The position numbers and the translations under genes are program-made. From contig DASTDJ010000196.1 of assembly GCA_035710425.1 (NCBI GenBank), positions 1-57,509 on the forward strand: a DNA stretch of 57,509 bases. Direction: 5' to 3'. Origin of the DNA: Nocardioides sp. Lineage in GTDB: Bacteria > Actinomycetota > Actinomycetes > Propionibacteriales > Nocardioidaceae. This document shows, piece by piece, positions 44,840 to 53,300 of this stretch; the stretch's first letter is position 1, and every line of letters starts with the position of its first letter. The notes under the pieces were generated by a model, which was not told the origin of the DNA, made no database searches, and was given only the letters and a program-made list of their open reading frames with translations.

Positions 44840-47680
44840 GTGCGCAACACCCGCAAGTCCGTCTTGATCCTCTTGGGGACCGTCTTGGCGTTGCTGCTTC
44901 CGATGGCACCCGGCACCGGTGCGCCCGATCAGCCTGCCGGCCAGCTGGTGCAAGAGGTGGCCGCCGCCGGGACGCCGCACGTGCTCAACGGTGAGGTCTA
45001 CTCCGTGGTCCAGGTCGGCACCACGATGGTGCTCGGCGGGACGTTCACCTCCGCTCGCAACGACAACAGCCAGACCAGCCTGCCGCGGTCCCGGCTGCTG
45101 GCGTTCAACGCCAACACCGGCCAGATCAGCACCACGTTCCTGCCGAACCCCAACGGCACCGTCCGCGTCGTGCTCCCTGCGGGCGACGGCCAGACGGTGT
45201 ACGTCGCCGGCAGCTTCACCAGCATCGGCGGGGTCGCGCGCGACAGCCTGGCGCGGGTCCGGATCTCCGACGGCTCCGTGGTCAACGAGTTCAACGCCGG
45301 CAACATCACCGGCACCGTCCGCGACCTTCGGCTCAGCAACGGCCGACTTTGGCTCGCCGGTGCGTTCACCCACGTCGGCGGCCGCGCCCAGGCGGGCATC
45401 ACGACGGTGAACCCCACGACGGGCGGCACCCAGACCTACATGGCCCAGCAGATCGCGGGCAACCACGGTGGCGGGGTCACCCAGCCGCTGAAGATCGACA
45501 TCTCGCCCAACGGCAGCCGCCTGGTGGCCGTGGGCAACTTCGACACCGTCGGCGGCCTGCAACGGCACCAGTTCCTGATGCTGGACATCTCCGGGGCCTC
45601 CGCGCAGGTGGCGAACTTCCGGACCACCTTCTTCCACACGCCGTGCTCGGCGAGCTTCGACACCTACATGCGCGACATCGACTTCTCACCGGACGGCAGC
45701 TTCTTCGTGATCTCCACGACCGGCGCCTACGGCGGCAGCGAGGGCGCCTGCGACACGGCCTCGCGGTTCGAGACCAACCAGACGGGCAACGACATCGCAC
45801 CCTCGTGGGTCGACTACACCGGTGGCGACACGTCGTACGCCGTGGAGATCACGAGCTCCGCGGTCTACATCGGCGGCCACCAGCGGTGGTGGAACAACCC
45901 GTTCCGCGGCGACGCCGCCGGGCAGGGTGCGGTGTCCCGCGAGGGCATCGCCGCGCTCGACCCGGTGAACGGGCTGCCGCTCTCCTGGGACCCGACGCGC
46001 ACCAAGGGCGTCGGCGTCTTCGACTTCCTCGACACGCCGCAGGGCCTGTGGGTCGCGTCCGACACCGACCGGATCGGCAACTTCCAGCTGAAGAGCCGGA
46101 TCGCGCGGATGCTGCCGGGCGGTACCTCCTTCCCGGCCGTGAAGACCACGGTGCTGCCGAACGACGTCTACACCGCCGCGACCGGCGGCGCGCTGAGCCG
46201 CCGTCGCTACGAGGGCAGCGTGGGCGCACCACAGTCGCCTCCCAACGGAGGCATCAACTGGGACGGCGTCCGCGGCGCGTTCATGATCAACGGCCAGCTC
46301 TACCTGGCCAACAGCGACGGCTCGTTCAACCGGCGCACGTTCAACGGCACCACCTACGGGGCGCCCGTCGCTGTGGACACCGCCGACGAGATCGTGGTGC
46401 TCACCGACTGGCGCAACGACATCCAGAACGCCACCGGGATGTTCTTCGACCGCGGCCGGATCTACTTCACCCGCGCCGGTTCGAACCAGCTGTTCTACCG
46501 CTACTTCTCACCCGAGAGCGACGTGGTCGGCGCGAAGCGGTTCGTGGCCTCGAACAACGTCGCCGGCATCGACTTCGCCCAGGTGCGCGGCATGTTCGTC
46601 ACCGACTCCCATCTCTACTGGGCGCAGCCCGACGGCAACCTGCGGCGGATCTCCTGGCAGCAGACGCCGCAGGCCGCGGTGCCGATCGCGAACAGCGCGA
46701 CCGTGGTCTCCGGACCGGGGACCGACGGCGTCAACTGGTCCGGCGCCCGCGCCCACTGGCTCTTCCAGAACGCCAACGGGGGCGGGGCGGTGGCGATCAA
46801 CCAGCCGCCGGTGGCGGCGTTCACGTTCTCCTGCAACCAGCTCACCTGCAGCTTCAACGCGAGCTCGTCCTCGGACGACAACGGGATCAGCTCGTACAGC
46901 TGGGACTTCGGAGACGGCGGCACCGACTCAGGAGCCCAGGTGCAGCACATCTACGGCTCCGCAGGTCCTCGCACCGTCACGCTCACCGTGACGGACGGGG
47001 CCGGTCTCACCGACGCGGAGAGCAAGCAGGTCAGTCCCTCGCTCGCCGGGGTGGCGTTCATCGGCGCGAACAGCGGCAACGCCAACTCGACGACGCACCA
47101 GGTCCAGATCCCGGCGGGCACCCAGGCGGGCGACGCCCTGGTCCTGTTCGTCACCAGCAACTCCACAGCGACCTCGGTCGGCAACCCCGCGGGGTGGACG
47201 ACCCTGGAGAACCTGGACGGCAACAACTTCCGAGGCCGGGTGTGGACCCGCACCGCCACCGCAGGCGACGCCGGCGGCACGGTGACGGTGACCACCAGCG
47301 GCGTCACCAAGGCAGCGATCTCGATCGCGGCATACCGAGCGGCGGGGGCCCCGGGCGGGGCCGTCGTACAGGCACATGCCGGCGTGCTCCACGAGACCAA
47401 CGGCACGAGCTTCGTGTCACCGACCAACACACTCAGCGACTCAGCCGGGTGGGTCGTGTCCTACTGGGCGAGCAAAGCGTCAGTACCGGTCAGCTGGACG
47501 GCACCCGCCGGACAGGTGACCCGGTCGACCTCGTCCGGGTCCGGCGGCGGGGCGATCGTCTCGCTGCTCACCGACGGCGGAGGGCCCGGTACGCCGGGCC
47601 AGGTCGGCGGCCTCGTGGCGCTGACCAACGTCCAGGTGTCCCGGGTCGTGTCGGTGACGCTCGTCGTCGGGCCGGGGTGA
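44840..47680 (+). CDS. Secreted beta-propeller + PKD domain protein
   Basis: Signal peptide from GTG 44840; propeller blades (YVAGSFTSIGG etc.); PKD YSWDFGDG; beta-rich C-terminal module. Confidence 0.8.
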   Translation: MRNTRKSVLILLGTVLALLLPMAPGTGAPDQPAGQLVQEVAAAGTPHVLNGEVYSVVQVGTTMVLGGTFTSARNDNSQTSLPRSRLLAFNANTGQISTTFLPNPNGTVRVVLPAGDGQTVYVAGSFTSIGGVARDSLARVRISDGSVVNEFNAGNITGTVRDLRLSNGRLWLAGAFTHVGGRAQAGITTVNPTTGGTQTYMAQQIAGNHGGGVTQPLKIDISPNGSRLVAVGNFDTVGGLQRHQFLMLDISGASAQVANFRTTFFHTPCSASFDTYMRDIDFSPDGSFFVISTTGAYGGSEGACDTASRFETNQTGNDIAPSWVDYTGGDTSYAVEITSSAVYIGGHQRWWNNPFRGDAAGQGAVSREGIAALDPVNGLPLSWDPTRTKGVGVFDFLDTPQGLWVASDTDRIGNFQLKSRIARMLPGGTSFPAVKTTVLPNDVYTAATGGALSRRRYEGSVGAPQSPPNGGINWDGVRGAFMINGQLYLANSDGSFNRRTFNGTTYGAPVAVDTADEIVVLTDWRNDIQNATGMFFDRGRIYFTRAGSNQLFYRYFSPESDVVGAKRFVASNNVAGIDFAQVRGMFVTDSHLYWAQPDGNLRRISWQQTPQAAVPIANSATVVSGPGTDGVNWSGARAHWLFQNANGGGAVAINQPPVAAFTFSCNQLTCSFNASSSSDDNGISSYSWDFGDGGTDSGAQVQHIYGSAGPRTVTLTVTDGAGLTDAESKQVSPSLAGVAFIGANSGNANSTTHQVQIPAGTQAGDALVLFVTSNSTATSVGNPAGWTTLENLDGNNFRGRVWTRTATAGDAGGTVTVTTSGVTKAAISIAAYRAAGAPGGAVVQAHAGVLHETNGTSFVSPTNTLSDSAGWVVSYWASKASVPVSWTAPAGQVTRSTSSGSGGGAIVSLLTDGGGPGTPGQVGGLVALTNVQVSRVVSVTLVVGPG

Positions 47681-47682
47681 CG

Positions 47683-48501
47683 ATGACCCCCGGACGGGGT
47701 CTCTGGATGGTGCTGGTCATGGGGGGCCTCGCAACGGCCTGCGCCGCCTCTGGACGGACATACGTAGCGGACGAACCCCCGGAGCCGTCGTCCACGAACC
47801 TTGTCGAGCTCGACTTCGAGGATCGCGCCGCGCCCGTCGGCGAGATCGTCCCCACGGTCCAGAACACGGGGACCGGCCGGCTGTACACCGAGGTCGTGAC
47901 GCACGCCGGTGGCCGCGTCCTCCGCGCCGAGGGGAGTGGTGCGGGATATGCACTCCGCTTCCCGGGGCTCGAGGGCGGTCTCGACCCGCCCTCGGCGATG
48001 CTGCTCGTGCGGAGCCGTGACGCGGAGGACTTCCTGAGCCCCGGCTTGGAGGACTTCGCGTTCGGGGCCGACGTGCTCCTCGACGAGGAGTCGGAGGACG
48101 CGCCCACCGACAACGGCAACAACGTGGTGCAGCGCGGGCTCTACGAGGACGCCGTGCAGTACAAGCTCCAGGTCGACCACGGCTCGGTGTCCTGCCGGAT
48201 CGCCGGGTCGGACGGCGCCGCTGTCGTGACCGCTCCCGCCGTGGTGCCGGGGGAGTGGTACCGCGTCTCCTGCGAGCGCAGCAACGGCGACGTGCTGCTC
48301 ACCTGGGAGGCACTGGGGGGCTCGGATGAGGACAAGGGGACGACCGTGCGGCGCTCGACCATCGGCGACGTGACGTTCTCAGCAGGGACACCGTTCGTGG
48401 TGGGCGGAAAGCTCGACGCAAGGGGCCAGGTCACGGTGGATTCCACGGATCAGTTCAACGGAGTGATCGACAATGTGTGGTTCACACTCCAGGACTCGTG
48501 A
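47683..48501 (+). CDS. Putative lipoprotein with LamG/ConA-like jelly-roll
   Basis: Lipobox-like LATAC; NVVQRG, GEWYRVSC, FVVGG, FNGVIDNV. Confidence 0.7.
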   Translation: MTPGRGLWMVLVMGGLATACAASGRTYVADEPPEPSSTNLVELDFEDRAAPVGEIVPTVQNTGTGRLYTEVVTHAGGRVLRAEGSGAGYALRFPGLEGGLDPPSAMLLVRSRDAEDFLSPGLEDFAFGADVLLDEESEDAPTDNGNNVVQRGLYEDAVQYKLQVDHGSVSCRIAGSDGAAVVTAPAVVPGEWYRVSCERSNGDVLLTWEALGGSDEDKGTTVRRSTIGDVTFSAGTPFVVGGKLDARGQVTVDSTDQFNGVIDNVWFTLQDS

Positions 48502-49244
48502 TGAGCGTCTTGACTCCGGGTGTCCGACCTATGGCTGAGGTTCGAGTCCTGCGCGGCCCGAACCCGATCCGTGTTGTGGTGGTGGCGCACCACGCGCTCG
48601 TCGGCGACGCCGTCCGGATGGCACTGTCCAGCCGGGGGATCGTCGCCACCGGCGCATCGCTGGGCCGGGGCAGCCAACGCGAGCTGGTCGCGCTCGCCCG
48701 GGTCGTCGACAGCGTCCGGCCGGCGCTCGGCCTGGTGCTCTGCGACGTCGATGACCCCGTCCAGCTGCGCGAGACGGTCCTGCTGGCCCGGCACGTGCCG
48801 GTCCGCTGGCTCCTGCTGACCAGCTCGCAGGACGACAGCCGGTGGGGCGCGGCCGTCGAGGCCGGCGTCCACAGCGTGGTGCCGATGTCGGAGGGCATCG
48901 ACGTGGTCGCCCACACCGTTCGCGTGATCGCCCGGGGCCGTGAGGGCCTGACCCCGGACACCCGGGCGCGGGTGCTCCAGGCCTGGCGGCGTGCGGGCCG
49001 GGAGCACCGACAGCTCGTGGAGCGGTTCGGTGGGCTGACGCCGCGGGAGATGAAGGTGCTGAGCCTGCTGGCCGACGGGCTGACGGTGAAGCAGATCGCC
49101 GATCGCTCGGAGGTCGCCGAAGGCACCGTCCGCAGCCAGGTCAAGTCGGTGCTGCGCAAGCTCGGCGTCAACTCACAGCTCGCCGCGGTGGCCGCGCACC
49201 GGCGGGTGGTCACCCAGGGAGCGCCGTTCCGCCAGCGGCCCTGA
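48501..49244 (+). CDS. NarL/LuxR-family regulator with atypical receiver
   Basis: LTPREMKVL...TVRSQVKSVLRKL HTH; receiver lacks the acidic pair and conserved Lys. Confidence 0.85.
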   Translation: MSVLTPGVRPMAEVRVLRGPNPIRVVVVAHHALVGDAVRMALSSRGIVATGASLGRGSQRELVALARVVDSVRPALGLVLCDVDDPVQLRETVLLARHVPVRWLLLTSSQDDSRWGAAVEAGVHSVVPMSEGIDVVAHTVRVIARGREGLTPDTRARVLQAWRRAGREHRQLVERFGGLTPREMKVLSLLADGLTVKQIADRSEVAEGTVRSQVKSVLRKLGVNSQLAAVAAHRRVVTQGAPFRQRP

Positions 49245-49260
49245 GCGACCGGAAGCGCGG

Positions 49261-50181
49261 TTAGCTGGCCTTCTTGCGAGCCGTCTTCTTCGCCGCGGTC
49301 TTCTTGGTGGTGCTCTTCGCAGTGCCCTTCTTCGGGGCGGCCTTCTTGGTCGGGCTCTTCTTCGCGGCGGACTTCTTGGCCGGCTTCGGCTTCTCGTCGG
49401 CGTCCTCGCCGCGCGCCGTCTTGGCCGCGTCGACGGACCGCTGCAGCGCGGCCAGCAGGTCGACGACCTCGCCCGAGGACTTGGTGGACGTGGGGGTGCG
49501 CTTCACCTCGCCGCCCTCGATCTTCGCCTTCACGAGCGCCTCGACGGCGCCGGCGTAGTCGTCCTCGAACTCGCTGGGGTCGAAGTCGCCGGCGAGGGTC
49601 TCGACGAGCATGTTGGCCATCGTGACCTCGGCGTCCTTGACCTCGCCTGCATCGATGTTGAAGTCGGGCTCGCGGACCTCGTCGGGCCACATCATCGTCT
49701 GCAGCACGATCACGTCGTCGCGCACCCGCAGGACGGCCACGCTGGTCCGGTTGCGCAGGGCGACGGTGACGACCGCCATCCGGTCGGCGTCGAGCAGCGC
49801 CTGGCGCAGCAGCGCGTAGGGCTTGGCCCCGGTCTTCTCGGGCTCGAGGTAGTAGGACTTCTCGAACAGCATCGGGTCGATCTGCTCGCGAGGCACGAAC
49901 TTCTCGACGGCGATCTCCCGCGACGACGCAGACGGCAGCTCGGCCATGTCTTCGTCGGAGAGGATCACCATCTCGCCGTCCTCGGTCTCGTAGCCCTTGG
50001 CGATGTCGGCGTACGCGACTTCCTCGCCGTCGATCGAGCACACCCGTTGGTACTTGATCCGGCCGCCGTCCTTGGCGTGGACCTGACGGAAGGACACGTC
50101 GTGGCTCTCGGTCGCGGAGTAGAGCTTGACCGGCACGCTGACCAGCCCGAACGACACCGCACCCTTCCAGATAGCACGCAT
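49261..50181 (-). CDS. ku: NHEJ protein Ku
   Basis: MRAIWKGAVSFGLVSVPVKLY, KGYE, YYLEP; Lys/Ala-rich tail. Confidence 0.95.
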   Translation of the reverse strand: MRAIWKGAVSFGLVSVPVKLYSATESHDVSFRQVHAKDGGRIKYQRVCSIDGEEVAYADIAKGYETEDGEMVILSDEDMAELPSASSREIAVEKFVPREQIDPMLFEKSYYLEPEKTGAKPYALLRQALLDADRMAVVTVALRNRTSVAVLRVRDDVIVLQTMMWPDEVREPDFNIDAGEVKDAEVTMANMLVETLAGDFDPSEFEDDYAGAVEALVKAKIEGGEVKRTPTSTKSSGEVVDLLAALQRSVDAAKTARGEDADEKPKPAKKSAAKKSPTKKAAPKKGTAKSTTKKTAAKKTARKKAS

Positions 50182-50229
50182 AGGGAGAGGGTAGCGGGCG
50201 CCGATACCCACCTCCCGCTGCGCGAACTG

Positions 50230-50245
50230 TGCCCAATTTCGGTCA
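50230..50245. promoter_or_regulatory. 16-bp palindromic box TGCCCAATTTCGGTCA
   Basis: In the divergent region between ku and the large PKD gene. Confidence 0.5.
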
Positions 50246-50324
50246 TGCCTCACTCCGTGCGCCTTGACACGATCGCGTTGCCCTCGGAACCGGGGGAACG
50301 TGAGTGCGGGGAGGGTGAAAGCGC

Positions 50325-53300
50325 ATGTCTCCAGCAACGGCGCAACGGCAAGGACGGTTGGTCCCAGCCTTGCTCAGGGTCGCCTCGAGCCTCCCCCTCG
50401 TAGCCGCCCTTCTAGCCGCCCCCGCACTCACGGCCTCGGCCGACGCCGCTCCCGGTGAGATCGGGTTCGTGGGCGCCGCCAGCACGGCCGGCAACCGGAC
50501 CTCGCACACCGTGCGGATCCCGGCCGAGGTGAACGCGGGTGACGTACTGCTGCTGACCCTCACCACGAACTCGACGGACAGCACGATCGGCGCGGCGCCC
50601 GCAGGCTGGGCCGAGATCGAGTCCCGTGACGGCAACGCCATCCGCGGCCGGTTGTGGACCAAGGTCGCGACCGCGGCGGACTCGAACGCGAACGTCACCG
50701 TCACCACCAGCGCCTTTGCGAAGTCCGCGATCAGCGTGGCTGCCTACCGCAGCACCGGCGCCACCCCCACCATCACCGCGTCCGAGGTAGGGGGATCCAA
50801 TACCTCCGGCACCAGCCACCCATCGCCCCATGCAGACGTGGCTGGTGCCGGATCCTGGCTCATCAACGTGTGGTCGGAGAAGTCCTCGCTCGAGACGGCC
50901 TGGACGCTTCCGCCTGAGGTCACCCAGCGCACCACGTCGGCCACGACCGGCAGCGGCAAGATCAGCGCCGTCATCGGCGACTCGAACGCCCCGGTCGCCA
51001 TCGGTGCACCCAACTCCCGTACGGCGACCACCAGCATCGCGGTCTCTCGCACCGTCATGTTCTCCGTCGTGCTGAGCCCCGGAGAGGTCGTCAACGCGCC
51101 TCCGGAGGCGGCCTTCACCGCGGACTGTGACGAGCTCACCTGCCAGTTCGACGCGGGCGACTCCTCCGACCCCGAGGGCGCCGGCCTGACCTACTCCTGG
51201 AACTTCGGCGACGGCGCGACCGGCACCGGTGAGACCACGGAGCACGAGTACGCCACGAGCGGACCGCGCACCGTCACGTTGACGGTCAGCGACGGCCAGT
51301 CGACCGACCAGACGACCCGCCAGGTCGACCCGCAAGAGGCCGTCTCGCCCGGCGCGATCAGCTTCGTCGGCTCCGCGACCACGGCCGGGAACCGACCCAG
51401 CCACTCGGTGACGATCCCGAGCTCGGTGCAGCCGGGCGACCGCTTGCTGCTGTTCCTCACCACCAACTCGACGACCAGCACGATCAACGACAGCCTCGAC
51501 GGCTGGACCCTGCTGCAGTCGCGCGACGGCAACGGCGTCCGCGGCCGGGTCTGGACCCGCGCCGCCACCGCGATCGACGCCGGGCGCGTCGTCAACATCA
51601 CCGGCAGCGCCTACGCGAAGTCGGTGCTGAGCGTCGCGGCCTACCGGAGCACCGGCCCCGCGCTGGTGTCCGCGTCCGCGATCCGCGGCGTCGACACCTC
51701 GGCGTCGAGTCACACCACACCTGCGTCCACCGCCGACCACGCCAACTCCTGGCTGGTCAACTACTGGAGCGAGAAGTCCTCCACCCCCGTGACCTGGACC
51801 CTGCCCAACGGCTCGCTCGCGCGGACCCAGGGCGAGTCCACCGGCACCGGCAAGGTCAGCGGCATCCTCGGCGACTCCGACGGCGGCATTCCGCTGGGAG
51901 CCGTCGCCGGACGCACCGCGACGACCAGCGCTGCCGTCACCCGGTCGGTACTGTTCACCGTCGTCCTCGACCCGGGCGTCGACCAGACCGAGACCAACGA
52001 GCCGCCGGAGGCTGAGTTCACCACCGGCTGCGCGGGCATGACGTGCGAGTTCGACGCGAGCCTCTCGTTCGACCTCGACGACGACGACGTGCTCACCTAC
52101 CAGTGGAACTTCGGTGACGGCCAGACCGGCACCGGCGTGAACCCCGAGCACACCTACGCCACCGCCGGCTCCCGCACGGTGACCCTGACGGTCGACGACG
52201 GTCACGGGCACACCGACACGGCGACCGGCACCGCCACCCCCAGCGCCCCGAACCCACCGCTCAACCACCCGGGCCTGGTGCCGGACGCGCCGCGCACCAA
52301 CCAGCCCACGATCACCGACGGTGAGATCTGGGACATCGAGGTGGTCGGCAACATCGCCTACGTGGCCGGCACGTTCCCCTCGATCCGGCAGCCCAACAAC
52401 GGCGCGATCATCGCCCAGCCCACCCTGGCGGCGTACAACTGGAGCACCGGGCAGGTCCTCACCACCTTCCGGCCGACCTTCACGAACGGCGGAGTGGTCG
52501 CGGTCGAGGCCTCGCCGGATGGGTCCAAGCTCTACATCGCCGGCGACTTCGGCACCGTCAACGGGATGAACAAGAAGGCGATCGCCCGGATCAACCCCAC
52601 CACCGGTGCGCCCATCGACACGTTCACGGCCAACACCAACGGCAAGGTCAACGAGCTGGCGGTCACCAACTCGACCGTGTACGCCGGTGGCCGGTTCACC
52701 CTGGTCAACAACGTGCCACGCGGCGCCCTCGCGGCGCTGGACGGCACCACCGGTGCGGTGCAGGCCGACTGGGTCAACAACATCACCGGCGGCATCGGCA
52801 CCAACGGCGAGCTGGCCGTGCAGCGGCTCAAGCTGACCCGCGACGAGGGCCGGCTGCTGGTCGTGCACACCGGACGCCAGGTCAACGGCCAGAACCGGTA
52901 CGGCGTGGCGATCATCAACACCCGCACCAAGAAGCTGACGCCGTTCAAGACCACGCTGTGGGAGGACAACCTGCAGTTCGTCGGCGGCATCCAGCGCCTC
53001 TACGCCGGCGACATCTCACCGGACGGGTCGCGCTTCGTCGTGGCCAGTGGCTCGGGCGGTGACCGCCCGCCGATCAACGACACGGTGATCGTCTTCAACC
53101 TCAACAACGACAGCAACGCGCAGCCCGTGTGGATCTCCCGGCACTTCGACTCGGTGTACTCGGCCACCTGGACCGAGGCGGGCATCTACATCGGTGGCCA
53201 CTTCCAGTGGGCCGAGGACATCAGCGCACCGGTTCCGTGGCCGGGCCTGGACGACGTCGGGTACGGCACCGGACAGGGACTCTCGGCGTACGCCCTCGGC

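Noticed and set aside
45349-48501. 1050-aa ORF as a single protein
   Set aside because: The upstream part is out-of-frame overlap with the PKD gene. The credible CDS starts near 47683.
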